A stretch of 64,000 nucleotides of DNA. It comes from Podarcis melisellensis. Its lineage: Eukaryota. The stretch lies in the NCBI GenBank assembly GCA_964234715.1, contig OZ174281.1. One strand, given 5' to 3'. The notes under the pieces are model-generated. The model worked only from the letters and a program-made list of their open reading frames with translations, was not told the DNA's origin and made no database searches. How positions within the stretch are numbered: the stretch's first letter is position 1; every line of letters starts with the position of its first letter. A program made the translations under genes and the position numbers. Positions 13,141 to 26,789 of the stretch are shown in pieces.

Positions 13141-13929
13141 TTCTTTCATGAGAAAGCTTAGGGTAAATGGTACAAGCCTGGGCAAGCTGCTCCTCCTCAA
13201 AACTCCTGGCCACCTTCCAGTGTGGCCAAGAAGACAGAACAGAAGCTTTTGCTTATTCACAGTGTAGTGTTACATCTTAACCCTAAAATGGTTAATCTTA
13301 TAGATGGTTTGTAATGGAAAGTAGAGCTTTTTATGAGAGGAGGGGAAATTCAGCAGCCCGAGGCTCATCCGGGTTCATTCCTATCATCATAAAACCATCA
13401 TGATAGCCAAAGCTCAGCTATCATAAACAAATACTGGAATTTGTTTTTCCATGTATCATGGCACCTATTATTGACATTCATAGTTCAGACTTTCATAAAA
13501 ACATCAAATTGGTATACAACATTTAGGAATACAATCCACACATTCATAAAAAAAGTTAAAAAGCACCAACAAATACTGAAAGGTTAAAAAGAGATAATTC
13601 ATATTAAAAAGGCCTGTCTGAACAACATAGTTTTCAAAAGACATTGGAAAAAAGCGAGAAATGGTTCCTGCCGAATCTCTTCTGGATGTGAGTTCTACAG
13701 GTCTGGAACTGCCACAACCAAGGTCTGGCTCATAGTAAAGGCCAAACAAACATCAGAGGTAAGTGGAACCACTAGAAGTTCATCATCAGAGGATCTCAGT
13801 GATGGAACATAGAATCAGACAAACTCTTAATGTATTTTTGGCCCAAGTTGTTTACAACTTTGTGCCTGGAAAATTGGCAACAAGTGCCAGTTTCTTAGCA
13901 GCTGAGTAACATATTGCAATTAACTACAG

Positions 13930-14370
13930 TGTGCAACACTAACAGAGATGCCCAAGCCTACCTTATCCCCGTTTTAAACATTTTTGTGAACCTGCTGACT
14001 TCAGAGTTGAATTACTGCAACCAAGCAACTCTATGTGGGGCTTCCTTTGTGCTTAACCCAGAAACTGCTGTTAGTGCATACAGCTGCAGTTCACTTGGTG
14101 ACAGGCATGAGAATCTGTCAGCATGCAACACCCCTGCTCAGAGATCTGCAGTGGTTGTCATTTTCTTACCTGGCCAAGTATATAAAGCCCTGAATGGCTA
14201 GGGAGCAGTTCAGTTGCGTGATCACCTTAACCCAAATGTGCCCACTCAACCACTTTGATATGTGGAACTGGTGCCATTACAGGTGCCACATAATACTAGT
14301 TCCACAGCTGTAAGAAAACAATCTTTGGACACTTTGGAATTCCCTGCTTATTGACATCAGACAAAACATT
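13930..14370 (+). mobile_element. Old L2 fragment
   Basis: LLTSELNYCN..LCG, YKALNG, WNSL-like remnants. Confidence 0.55.
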
Positions 14371-14603
14371 GAGCTGTACCCACTGAAATGCAGGACACCC
14401 CACCAAGCACAGTGATACATTTGTAAAGTGGAAACAGCATGGTGTGCACTCAATGGTTCAATTCAATTTTTATTTTATTTTATTTATTTTTTGAATTTAT
14501 ATACTGCCCTATACCCGGAGGTCTCAAGGCAGTTCACAGAAAACTAGGCAAGCTATGGTTTGGGTATGAGGTCTGAAATCAGCCAGATAAATTTTAACTG
14601 TAC

Positions 14604-14733
14604 CTGCTGGAAGCTGGCTAGACTGGATCAAAGTGTTTAATGGCATTTTTTCACCTGATTTGTTCGCAGCATGGAGTGAAGCCTGTTCGAGTGTGACTTT
14701 TTTCAAGATACTTCCTGAAGGCTGCTGGACTAT
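14604..14733 (-). CDS. TAF4B: TAF4B exon 8 (IVQQPSGSILKKVTL...MPLNTLIQSSQLPA)
   Basis: TTTTCCAG| acceptor, G|GTACAG donor, 130 nt. Matches VVQQPSG...MPVNTII..SQFPP. Confidence 0.9.
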
Positions 14734-15031
14734 CTGGAAAAGTTACACATAAAAGTACTCAGCACACATTGGAAACCTAAACAGTCACAATATTAGATCA
14801 AGTTAGTCATGCACATGAAAGTGCAACACTTGTATCAGGGCTGACCAAGTCATCCAAGATCAAGCTTGTAAATGACATTAGGATGTCAAATGGCTTTAAG
14901 AAGTCTGACTACATTCCCCCCCTCTTCCAGCAATAATGGGTACAATCATATTGGCAGGACACATGCTTTGTGAGCATTCCAATATAAACTTATTTGCACA
15001 CTTAAAAGACACCGATAGAACCACTGCTCAG

Positions 15032-15446
15032 CAGCGGCGTAGTGTGGGTTGTCAGCACCCGGGGCAAGGCAAGTAATTTGCGCCCCCTAACCCGGGGCAA
15101 GGCAAGTAATTTGCGCCCCCTAACCTGCCACCGCTGCCAGCTTCTTCTTGCTGCTGCCTGGTCTGGTCTGGTGTGGTTCTCTCCCTCGCTCAGCGCTGTG
15201 CTGGGCGGCCGCTGCACTGTCCCTCCCCCAGATAGTCCCTCGCTCTCTCTCTGCACCGCATGCCTGGCACCCACCCCCTCCACAGTGGGCGGCGACCCGG
15301 CGGCTTGGATCGGATTCGCACAGCCAGCACTGCAGTGAGAGAGAGTGAGCCAGGTAGGGGCAGAGAGCTGCGAGTGCGAGCGCACCCCCCCAGATGTTGC
15401 GCCTGGTGCGGCTGGCCCCCCCTGCACCCCCCATGCTACACCACTG
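15032..15446. mobile_element. hAT MITE with perfect 8-bp TSD CTGCTCAG
   Basis: TSD 15024-15031 and 15447-15454. TIR CAGCGGCGTAG / CTACACCACTG. Internal 33-bp tandem duplication 15058-15123. Confidence 0.88.
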
Positions 15447-16414
15447 CTGCTCAGTGTTCTCCCTTCTATCAGAGGCGCCAAAGTTTGCAATATGGAACAG
15501 GCCCTTCCCAGTGGCACCAATGAGATTATGAAACTTTCTCCCCCTGGTCTTTCCTGTTTAGGACAGCTGGAATTTGCTTCAGAAGGGATTTGTGGATCTG
15601 GTGAATTTATGAACTTGTGTCAAACCGCTGGTGCTCCTCTTCAATTTTTTTACTGTTTTATTGGCTGTTTGATGTTGGTTTAAACACATGAAACTGCTTT
15701 GGGGATAATGTCAAAAAGCAGGATGAAATTATCTTAAATAAATCTGTTTGATCATAAAATGAGATCAAAGCTACCTACTGCTACTACTCAAAAGGGCAAA
15801 TATCAGAAGCCATTTTGCCATGGCTCACAGTTAAAGACATTATGTACCCCCAATGTTTTACAAGACTAAAAGTGCCTTCTAACCTCTCCTGCTCCCATAT
15901 ATTCAACAGCTTTCCAGAATACTAACAAGTTTGATGTAGGGGTTCTGTGGTGAAGTTTGAATGGTGTGAACTTTATGCCAAAAGCAGGAGATGCTTAACC
16001 CCACCCCCACCCCAAACATGAAAAATCAGGGTAAAACTGTTCCATTTCCATGGGACGTAATTAGAATCTTCCCAGTGACGTGAACCTCTAGAAAGAAGAA
16101 CTAGATGGGCATTTTAAAACTGCCAAGCGAAACATTGATGTTTTCTTCAACTTTGGCTCTCCAGCTGGACTACAGATCCCATCATCTGCTGTCACTTAGC
16201 CCTAACTCTCAGGAATTATTAAAGTTGCTGTTCCACAGCGTCTAAGGATCCCAAGGATGAAGAGCACCAATTCTAGAGACAGAACAGTCCAGAAAATGTT
16301 ATAGATCAGACAGAAAAAAACACCCCTGTCCTTAAGAGGCCATATCTGATACCTAATAATGGAGCTCTTCAGACACTGTGTATGTACAATTTGCAGCACG
16401 GCAAATTTAATAAC

Positions 16415-16730
16415 CTAAGAAAAGTCTGCTGGATCAGGCCAATGGCCCATCTTGTGTAATATCCTGTTCTTGCAGTAGCCAAGAAGCAGATGCCTGTGGG
16501 AAATGCACAAGGAGGACCTGAGCACTTTCCTCTGCCGCAGTTTCTAGCACACTGCTTCCAACCGCGGAGGCACAACACAGCCATCACATTAGCCACTGGT
16601 AGCCACTGAATTTGCCTGAACCTCCTTTAAAGACATCCAAGATGGCAGCCATCACTGCCTCACACGGGAGCAAGTACCATAGCTTAACTATGTGCTGCAT
16701 GAAGTAGTGCTTTCTTTTATTTGTCTGTGA
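16415..16730 (-). mobile_element. CR1 3' fragment
   Basis: CTGCTGGATCAGGCCAATGGCCCATC motif shared with 50480 and 55835. Confidence 0.65.
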
Positions 16731-17473
16731 AAGGTTTCCTGCTCTCCTTATCAAACAGAAAATAACTGCACGGTAACTTTAACATCTCTTTCAGTTGGTA
16801 GATCAGGGAGAAAAGGGATGTCCAACAACAGTACCTATGGTGACTTCAAATGAGACAGACTTAGCAGTGGGGAGCTGAGTCAACCATCACCATTTAACAT
16901 TTGTACAGCTCTTGAACATTCAAAGTATGTAACATAGTCTTTAATCCGTACCCAGTAAAGTAGACCATATCCTCCTAATCTGTATTATGGGAATGAGGCC
17001 AAGATATAATGGTCTGTCTACGGTCAAGTACACAGAATGGGTGAACTGTGCAAACACACACGCAGTTCAAGTATTCATGCTCAGTAAAGTTCTGGTATTG
17101 GAATGCTTAGTTTACATTGTCAAATACCTAGAAAGCTGCTCTGTTTAGTATCTGCCAGAGTTTTATTCATGGAGATGGGTGCTAAACATTCCTGATTCTT
17201 TGAGTGGACTACTATCAGACAGATATATTCTTCAATGTTGCTTAGTACTCACATATCTCCATACTGCCCCTTTCCTCATATATTATTAACCTTTTACAAT
17301 GGACATCTCAGGTGTCAAGTTATGCAAGGTACGTAAGGGGCAAATGAACAAGTGCCATTTTAATTATATGCTGATAAACTGCCTTTGAATTGCTGGCTCG
17401 GCTGAACTGCTAAGGTTAGAAAACTTCAGAGCTTTACAGATCAAGAGCAAGATAAACTTATCAGCTACTTTAC

Positions 17474-18127
17474 CTTTACAGCCTGTGTCTGAGCTGAATG
17501 GGAAAGGACAGAACTGGGATGGACAACTCTGATCGTGATTGGTTTCCCAGCAACGGGCATTATGGATTGGAGAGACGCGGTCACTGCTGTTGTAGCAGTT
17601 GGTGCAGCAGTAGTCAAGGTTGGCTTCAGAGCTTGTAGAGATGTTGCTGTAGCAGAAGATGGCGGCTTTACAGAACTAGAAGCAGTAAATGCAGGTGATG
17701 ACGACATTGCAGGGGTACGGACTGGTTTCACAACCTGGAGAGAAGTGGTACCAGTTGCCACCATTGCAGTGGAGGAGACTGGATGTACAGCTCTCACAGT
17801 AGTTGGTTTAGTGGAGGGAACGGGACTGGCACCTTGAAGGGAGAGTGTCCCTGACAAAACAGGCGTGGTCTGAACAAGCTGAAGAGAACCAGATCCTCTT
17901 GTCACTCCTGATGTACAGAAGACTGGGCCTGAAGTCTGTTGGGAGGGTATCCCCGTCGGAATTTTAAGAGAGGTCGCAGTCACAGGAGTGCTGGCAGCAG
18001 GTACCGAAGAAGCGGATGATGCTGTGCTACAAATAGGAGGAGCTGTTTGTGGTCCTGATTGTTGAAGACACTGCCGTATAAAGGCCTGCGCGTCAGGCAT
18101 TAATTGCCGTAAGGCAAGCATACTTTT
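17474..18127 (-). CDS. TAF4B: TAF4B exon 7 (KSMLALRQLMPDAQAFIRQC... long S/T/P/A-rich region ...QTQAVK)
   Basis: ORF 17465..18121. End of TAFH (ALRQL.P....FI.QC). TAG| acceptor, AAG|GTAAAG donor, 654 nt. Confidence 0.93.
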
Positions 18128-18764
18128 CTACGCAAGGAAGAAAGCAATAGAAAAAAATTAAGATCCTGCATTTTCCTTCCACCAGTGACACCGCACTGTG
18201 TCTCATTGAATAGTATCAATGTCACCGCTAAAACATTAAAAAGATAGCAGACCAGCTAAACAATACAAATTATCACATCTGATCTTCAAGGAAGATTCCT
18301 AAAGTTCAGGCTGTTTGCCTTTGCAATCATTAACAAATCTGCACTTTGAGAGGAGACTTAAGCACACTGGACAACATCCCAGACACATTTATGAAGCTGG
18401 TCCTGAAGTCCTGCTCTTGTTGCATGTGTGAGAGCCACAAGAACCTGAATGGGCAGGAAGTTTCCCCTGAATGGGCAGAATTTACCGAAATTGTACATGC
18501 AGGTTTGTGCCAGCTAGCCTCACACTACAGGGTATGATATCACAGATTTGGGGAGTCCCAATTCTCATCACAACACCATGGAGGCATGGACAGAATTTCA
18601 CTGGAGAGGCTCATTTTCCCACACCAACCACTTCATGCTGAGTCCCAGTGTGTTTTGCTTTACAAATTAATTCTCCTGACATTTCAAAACAAGCTTTCAC
18701 CCAGCCATCAAGGACCATCACCACTTTGATACTTAAAATGGGGAGCAAATTCATTTAGACATAC

Positions 18765-18854
18765 CTTGAGAAAAGGGAGAAGATAGGGCTGAGGGGAAGA
18801 CTTTAGCTCAATGTACAGTTTTCTAGTAAATTCTTCAGGTTCCATTTTGGCTTC
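18765..18854 (-). CDS. TAF4B: TAF4B exon 6, TAFH domain (EAKMEPEEFTRKLYIELKSSPQPYLLPFLK)
   Basis: Conserved EEFT.KLY.EL.SSPQP.L.PFLK. TCTAG| acceptor and AAG|GTATG donor, 90 nt. Confidence 0.97.
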
Positions 18855-19808
18855 CTAGATAAGAAAGGAAATGGTTGCACAAATGTAACGTGTCATTTCT
18901 CCAGATGTGCCTAAACTGAACCCACCAATTCACTCACTTTCTTGTACTAACAATTTCATACGCTGAATATTTTATTCAACAATTAAATTGAAGAAAGTAT
19001 ACAGTATCGGCAGGCTCCCAAAAGGAATCTAAGATTAATTCTTCACTGGTTAAGAACCAGCAACTGCGGACAATAAGTTAGATTTCTAAGTTGTTACTAG
19101 AAACTTGGAAATGTACCAAGGCGGTAAAAAAAATTGTGCCATATTTCTGCCACATGACTAGAGAGACAGACTGCAGAGAGTCAAATTTCTCCTAGTTTGT
19201 ATCCAGAAGCAGGTAAAATAAAACAAAACCCTTCCTATTTGTTTAGCTTCTCTTTCCTGTTTCCCACCTGTATTTGAAGCATGTGCTACTATAACAGGCA
19301 GTATTTAACTTGCCTATTCTGAACATGCTCAGGAAAAGCAAAAACAGCTACAGAAGTATTGCCATGCCATACACTCTACACCAGTCACTCTGTGAAAAAG
19401 AATGGGATCAGCTTCTGGCAATTATGACACTCCAACATTAAGGCACATGCATATTTAAACATGGTATAGAAAAACTTATTGGGGGGGAAAGGAGCCTTTC
19501 ATTGTTGAGAGGTCTGCAAGAGTGCCTCACATGGTGTGCCTGAGAATCCTGCCTCTCTCTGAATGTTGTCCCAGTACTCAGGCTAGGACTGAAACATTGG
19601 CCTGCAGCCAGGCTGCCTGATGACTGGGATCCTTGCCTTATGCCATGCCCCACTGTGCACCGTAGCCAATGACGTTGTGGCCTCTAGTATGCCCCCATGT
19701 AATTAATCCATCCCGTACTTCACACCCTTCTTTCCTGTGTGCACACAAATCACTTCTGAGTAAATACATTTAGGATCAGGGCACAAATACTTGCAGATGA
19801 ACTTTTAC

Positions 19809-19931
19809 CAACAGACTTTGTACCAGGTTCTTCACATTCTGCCCCATTTCAGGTGCTTGAGGCCCACTGGATGCCAGTTTTATTAGCGTTGCTAGGAAGT
19901 TTTTGCACTTTTCCACATTTTCCAGCATTTC
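19809..19931 (-). CDS. TAF4B: TAF4B exon 5, TAFH/NHR1 domain start (EMLENVEKCKNFLATLIKLASSGPQAPEMGQNVKNLVQSLL)
   Basis: Highly conserved TAFH motif, AG/GT boundaries, 123 nt. Confidence 0.97.
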
Positions 19932-20019
19932 CTGATAGGAAGCCAAAAGAGTAAATTAACTTCTGTTCAGTTCTGAAATACTGGGAAAGGTAAGCAATCT
20001 TAGACTACTTTGCACTAAC

Positions 20020-20187
20020 TTTAGAGGTGCTGAACTGTGCTACTGTCCTACTTTCTGTGTCAGAGACCGGCTTCGTTGCAAGAGAGAGCACAGAAGAATC
20101 AGAAATAGGAGGCTTTGCCACTGGTCCGGTAACCAAAGACTTTGCAGCCACAACTGTGGTGCTGCTATTATTTGTTGATGCTGTTGA
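20020..20187 (-). CDS. TAF4B: TAF4B exon 4 (STASTNNSS...AQFSTSK)
   Basis: TTCTTCCAG| acceptor, AAA|GTTAGT donor, 168 nt, S/T-rich. Followed by an 88-nt intron. Confidence 0.8.
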
Positions 20188-20830
20188 CTGGAAGAAATTA
20201 AACATTTAAGTAGCTAGATTCAATTCTGACAGGAAAAAGCAAAACTAAAGCTGCTACATTAATATTAGTATCAGGAAGGCACCTTTGTTCTACTGGTGTT
20301 GGTGCCTACTACCCTCCAACACAACTTTCCATTAATGTCTCCCATTCACACTTTTAGGAGAAAGTAAAAAGCTACACATAACATCATGCATGCAGATTAG
20401 CTCATGTGAACCTACATTTAGATTTAGCAATAACGATTTTGTCTGGCAGATAGTATTCCTAAGAACCATGCACATTTCCATCAACCACCGGGAGCTGAGA
20501 ATGACCATCACTGAAGACAGCTCATAAAGCATTATGTTTAGAGGTAGACTCCTTTATTGCAGTCAGATTCAGGCATTAGACACTACCATAGGCTGGGGAA
20601 TATGGATGACTAACCCAACCCATATGGCAACTTGAATGAGGCAGATGACCAGGGAGGGGGTTAGTTTTCCTGTTCCTCAGTATGTTTTGAGTTCCATTGG
20701 CAAGTGCACCATTGGGTACGTGTAAAAAAATAGTAATACACACAGCATGATTTATAAAGCCACCTGGCCATTTATTAGATTTGTGACTCAGTGGGCTAAA
20801 AGGTGCCAGAAAATAACAAGGAAGTCATAC

Positions 20831-20935
20831 CTGGATTACAGCAGGCTTCTTAACATTAGAATTAACAGAAGGAGTTGTCCAAGTCACTGTTGTATGAGGA
20901 GCAGCTGATACTTTCAGTACTTGAGTTCCAGAATT
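20831..20935 (-). CDS. TAF4B: TAF4B exon 3 (NSGTQVLKVSAAPH...KKPAVIQ)
   Basis: TTTCTGAAAG| acceptor, CAG|GTATGA donor, 105 nt in frame. Similar to human NSSSQLIKKV...KPSSVQ. Confidence 0.82.
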
Positions 20936-21526
20936 CTTTCAGAAAGATAATAGAATATATATTGTTAGGGAAAAGCCTCAAAAGGAAATATTGGGTAAGC
21001 AGCCGAGCACCATTTCCTTCTAACTGGACACATCAGTGTTATTTGTCCCAACTGCAAGTATGCTGGGCAAAAGTCTTTTCTGAACAGGAAGATGCAAATG
21101 ATGCAGAAGGGGATCCATTAGCACGCCGAGTAGATAAGGCTTCTTTCTATGGATAGGCAGAAATGCTATGACGTAAGAAGCATTTCAGGCTATGACTGTT
21201 CAAGTGTTTTTATTTCTAAGTACTGAATTTTTTCCATCCATGTAGTTAACAGTGATAGCTGGTATGAGCAAGTTGAATGCAGAGGAAAGAACAGAAAATC
21301 ACTGTACTATATAGGCAATTAAGGCTTAACATTTTAAAGTTGTTTAAGCTCCTACGTACGGGCAAGTGGTGCCAGCAGAAAATGGAAAGGATTCCTGCAT
21401 CTAGACTAGATTCACTTCACTGCTGCACCCACATCCCTGAGAGTGACATACACTGGCCCAAGTCCCGTGAAAAGCTATAGTAGCAGAAGAAATACACAAC
21501 AAAACTGCTATTACAGAGGTATTTAC

Positions 21527-21675
21527 CTGTACAGTCTGTATTTTGACTGTAGGTGCATTTGCAGGCAATGATTGTCGTACCATTGAGTTCTTTTGGGATT
21601 GGCTTTGAACTTGAGCAAGTGCTTGTTGGGACAGCAGCATCAGCTGTCCAGTGTTGCTTCTGACAAGAACCGTTC
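21527..21675 (-). CDS. TAF4B: TAF4B exon 2 (GTVLVRSNTGQLMLLSQQ...TVKIQTVQ)
   Basis: TGCAG|GA acceptor, CAG|GTAAAT donor, 149 nt, phase 1 to 0. Matches TAF4/4B GTVLI.SNSG.LMLV. Confidence 0.93.
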
Positions 21676-22651
21676 CTGCAGGAAAGAAGATACTATCAGA
21701 TCCTTCCACTGCACAGTCTTAAGAGCAAGTACATAAATCTGAGATTGTATAATCCAAACTTTTAAGCAAGAAATCGGCAGCATAAACAGTACATGAATTA
21801 TGCAATATTACACTGCTTCTATAGTACTGCACACTTCCCTTCTAGGCTCCTCTGTTTAAACAGCAGACTACTACATTCCTGCTGTGCTCCAGTTAGTGTT
21901 ATGACAGTCGTAGCTTATTGTTTGACCTTTTAAAAATCCATCAAACATATTTAAGAATAAATTCTGAATTGGTCTAGTTTAGTCACGCATCTCTGCTCTC
22001 ACAGCTTGCAATATAGAGATGTTAAGACACGGCACACCACAATGTTAGTCCTGCTTTTGGCAACAGCTTCTGTATTAAATATTTTTAGATTACACATATT
22101 TATAACTCTCCCCCTTTCACTCAGGGGTCCGAGGCCAGGGTACAAACACCTAAAAATCACAAATATATAAAATCAACACAAAACAATCATGAACGAAATC
22201 AAACGGCAACAACAACAAAATGAAAATGCAGCCAGGAGAAACAAGTCAAAATGCACCTGACACCCAGCCCCAAAGGCCTGGACAAAGGTGTGTTTTCACC
22301 TGCCTTTGAAAAGACCAAAATGTTGGAGCATGATGCACCCAAGGGGAGGTCCTGCCTTACTTAAAAAGTAATTATCATAGTCTTGATAGACAATGCTGTG
22401 TGACTGCACACTTCTGAGACCACCTGTGTGTTTCTTTTTAGGCAAGAAATCTCATGCTTGAGATTCTTCACCAGACAAGGCTCATTCTAAAAAAAAAGGT
22501 GAGGGCCTTCTTTTGCTCAAATCAGGAATTTTTAATTAGATATACAACTCTAGAATCGAACATTTTAATACTGATTTTAAGGCACTTATCCATGTTTATG
22601 ATATTAAAGTAGTAAGGGGAAGTCTGCCTCATAGGCACACCCCCCTCCCCA

Positions 22652-22904
22652 GAGAGCTAGTGTGAGGTAGTGGTTAAGAGCAGTAGACTCGTAATCTGGT
22701 GAACCGGGTTCACGTCTCCGCTCCTCCACATGCAGCTGCTGGGTGACCTTGGGCTAGTCACACTTCTTTGAAGTCTCTCAGCCCCACTCATCTAACAGAG
22801 TGTTTGTTGTGGGAGAGGAAAGGAAAGGAAAGGAGAATGTTAACTGCTTTGAGACTCCTTCGGGTAGTGATAAAGCAGGATATCAAATCCAAACTCCTCT
22901 TCTT
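22652..22904 (+). mobile_element. Squam3-type tRNA-derived SINE
   Basis: GAGAGCTAGTGTGAGGTAGTGGTTAAGAGC head, GATATCAAATCCAAACTC(TTC) tail. Confidence 0.82.
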
Positions 22905-24053
22905 AATCCTACTTCCGCAAACTATTCACTGCTGGAACAGGGGCATGTTGCCAACAACAGGATTTAACCCAGCCCTAGTGCCCATTAGCTGATATCACAA
23001 ACCCCACATTTCGGGGAAATGGCCTTGCAGGCCAGGATTGTCCTATGAGCCAAAGGTTCCCCACCCCTGCTAAATATACTTTTTAATAAGACTTCCAACT
23101 CATCCTTAAAAGGGCCAAGAAACCATGCAGAAAGGTATGTTCCTCCTTTCCACATAGGGCAGTGAGCGTTTAAAGTTACAATCATTTCAGGAGTAATAGC
23201 TGGGTACTTGTTAAATCCTCTAAATGGTAGGTGCCGTTAGAGAACAAGAAGTTAGAGAGCTGAAAGTGCTGCTCTGCTGTCACCTCTAACCAAGTCAGCT
23301 TCAAAACCAACATAAAACCTTGTGAAACTTGTTTGTTTCTAAAGAGAGTGGTACGGCTGTCTATTACGACACCATCAAGTGGTCCTTCTTTCAAATCCCC
23401 CATTAACTCTAGGGAGAAACAACCGTCTCAAAGCTCTTGACACCCCCACCAACGCTTCCCTCGGCTATTCTGCAGGTAGCAAGTCAAGAGCCTAACAAAG
23501 GCCAGCCTTTGATATCTTCTCTCAGCTACAGACCACTGCTAGAGAAAAGGTTTAATTGGTATGTGTAGTTCCAAGTTGGGGGAGGAAGAAGGATCTGGGA
23601 CAGCCTGGAAGGATAAACTAGGGCACAAGTAACAGAAGAGAAGGCAGAAGAAAGAAAAGAGGAGGGGGACTGGTAAACATACGGGAAAACTACAGCAACT
23701 GTGGCTTCAGAGGAGGAAATGCTTGAAACTTAATTTATTGTTGACTTTATAGTTCACCCTTCACAGAAACTGTAAGATAAATAGCAAACATATAAAATTC
23801 ATTAATAAAAAAAGAGTAGCAGTGTGTAAAGAGGGGTAATAAGAAACATCCAAGTGTTTCCAACCATCAGCAACTCCCAAAGGTGTGAGTAAAGAAGTGC
23901 TTGGGTACAGGAGTATAAATGAAGACAAAATTGCAAATTAAGGGTCTCATGCTCATCTGCAATTTGCAAGCCTGAAACTGCAATCCTAAACACACATGTC
24001 TAAATAAGCTTACGGTGCACTTATTCATAAGTATGCATGCACAGGACCTAGCT

Positions 24054-24056
<3 letters not shown>

Positions 24057-24083
<27 letters not shown>
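24057..24083. repeat. (CA)n microsatellite
   Basis: Read directly from the sequence. Confidence 0.9.
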
Positions 24084-24084
<1 letters not shown>

Positions 24085-26789
24085 CCCTAAAAATGCTTTG
24101 ACATCTCAGTACAAAATGCACAATCTACGTAGGGTAGCCTGGGTGCCACAAAGCTTTGGTGCCTTTGTTCTACTTTCTACCCTACATTTATTTTCACTTG
24201 TATACATGGGCTGCATAAAAGGCCAAGAGGCACTTCACATCATGTGTCCAAATGTCCTTAAGAATGAAGCACATGGCTCTGCAATAGTTATAATCCTGTC
24301 TGCTAACTGCAACGTAGTTGTACAACACTGCCATCTAATGGTGCAGCTAGTTAAGTGTGTGTTTTCCCTTCATGAAATTCTAAGCATGTGTCACAAGTGC
24401 CTGAGAACATGGATTATCTAGTGCTGCTCTACAACACTCGCCCACATTTGAACACCTGCCGGGAGAAACAGTTCTAGGGTTGAACCGAAACAAGTGCTCT
24501 GTGTGGTGGCCTAATAACTGTTGCCTTAGAACATCTGCATAGGAGGTTGGGTGCCCCTGAGCACAGAAAGGAAGGGGACAGTGCACATCTGGAAGAATCC
24601 CAAGAACAGGTAAGCAACACATAACCAGAAGAAAACCTATTTGCTACTTCGCTCCACAGGAGGCAGTGTTTGGTAACGGCAACAAAAGTGTCACTGTGCA
24701 GGTGGCCCTGGCTATTGCTATCTTGCTCATCAGCTTTGAAAATCTTTCTAATAACTGCTAAGCCACCCCAACCCAGGAATTATCTGAACAGAACTATATG
24801 TGCAGTAGTTTGTATATACTTCTGCTTTGGTTTTCAAACAAAGCAGCTATTATTGTGCCAGAGAACTTAAGATCGATTTAATATTTCCCTCTGTTGCCTC
24901 CACTAAAATGCCTGTTCCTGCATTTTAGACAGGCATGGGGAAGAATAACTATGAAAGTAAGTTGTGGGGAACACTCGGGTCCTCAAAACACAACCCAGTA
25001 AAATGCTACTGAGTGACTTAATCAGCTGAGACCTCTACAAAGGCACTTATGACAAGTTCCCTTTGAATGCTAAAGGCCGAAAGTTCAATGGTTCCCATTG
25101 TAAGATTTGGGAATTTAGGAGGGGTAGGGTTTTTTTTTTTTTTAGAAATTGGGAAATTCTGAATTGGATAAATTTCCTATGCATCAGAAAACTTTCTGAA
25201 ACCCTTGAGAAAGCCCCTAATATCTTAGCCTTTCCTCATAGCAGAACGTTCAGACCCCACATTCTTAAAATGTGAAATTAAGGGTTTTCTGCCACAACTT
25301 ACATCACTTTACACTTGCTTACACAGAATTGCATTAGCAATGGCTAATACCACCCTTTCATTACATTTGGAGAGATCATTTACAGCTCTTCACAACCTAT
25401 TTGTTTTACCCACCCTGAACAATTTAGTGCCACCAGCAAACTTGGCTACCCTGCCCCTGCTCAAGGGCAAACTTTACCCAACCTGGTGCCCTCCAGGTGT
25501 AGACTATGATGCCCATGATCCCCACAGCTTCACTAGCTGCAGCTGATGTGAGGTGAGTTCCAGTTCAAGTATCTGGAGGGCACCAGGTTGGGGAATGTTG
25601 CTCTCTAGGGCCTGGCTCATAAGCTTCCACAATTTTGCTGTTTCAGAGCACCAGCCTTTGCTGACTACAAAGCAGAAAGTGTTACTTCCCAATTCTTCAG
25701 CCAAGTTCAAGCATAGTTACCTTAGTGAGTAATGGCAATAATAGTGTGCAAGAACAACCATTCCCAGTGCAGAATGCAAATAAGTTCTTTCAGTACATTA
25801 TTAATCCTGTATAATGAATACAACTTCCTCAACAGAAAGTCTGGAATACCCTGGCCTTTAAGGTGCAATCACTACCAATGACAACAGACTTTTGACAGCA
25901 TGTAAAAAGTGGCTTTTCACCCAAGCATTTGGCTAAAGTGGTGCCAGTGTATTCGATGATATAGTAAGTTGTATTTTAAAGAAATACTGCTTTATTGTGT
26001 TTGTGTGCGCAACTGCATGAACAATGAATAGTGGGCTACAAGTATTTTAAATAAACATCCTACCAGCTTTATGAAATTATTCATGTGCGTTACTAAACGT
26101 CTATTTGGTCAGAAGCTCTTCTTGAAGGTTGCTTTGAGCCTTTGGAGACACAGGACACACTTGCAGCAACTTTTCATCTTGTATGCTGCTGTCCTCTCCC
26201 CCCTCTTCACCCATTCATTTCTTTCTGTGGTGACACAACACTCTTGACACTCCCTGCAATATAGTTAAGAGAATTGCAGCTCTAGCCTGTACTAACAGTT
26301 GCCACCAGCATTTTAGACACCCCCAGTCTAGACCCAGGGAAATCCTGATCTGCAGTATTTTTTAAGGAGAAGGGGCAAACTGCTTCCAACTCCCCAGAGC
26401 AGTCAAGCACATGTGCTATTCAGCCAACTGTCTACAAAAGAAGCAAGTTGCAGAAACAGTAGCAAACAGAAAGCAAGAAAAAGTAGCGACCAAACAGTAG
26501 CAAACAGAAAGAAGAAACAAAACCAGTAATTTCTAGACAACCTTGCTGATACAATTTCTAAGTTGGTTTCAGCAACTTGCATGCATTCAGCCAGCCTTAT
26601 AGTTAAGCACTAGCCTGCTGGTGGACCATATGCTGCTCATTACGGACTTCACTCTGGGTCACATGGACTTTACATTGCAGTGGAGCGTCTACCCAATATT
26701 ATATTTTACCCTCTATTTTGGCACTATTGCAGAATCCCATTTTTATTAAGTGACAAGTTTAGCTGATTTTAAAATGCAAGACTAAAGAG

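Noticed and set aside
26454-26511. Short direct repeats (20 bp here; also about 29236-29273 and 39939-39975)
   Set aside because: Two-copy local slippage duplications. Not CRISPR-like arrays, and no functional evidence.
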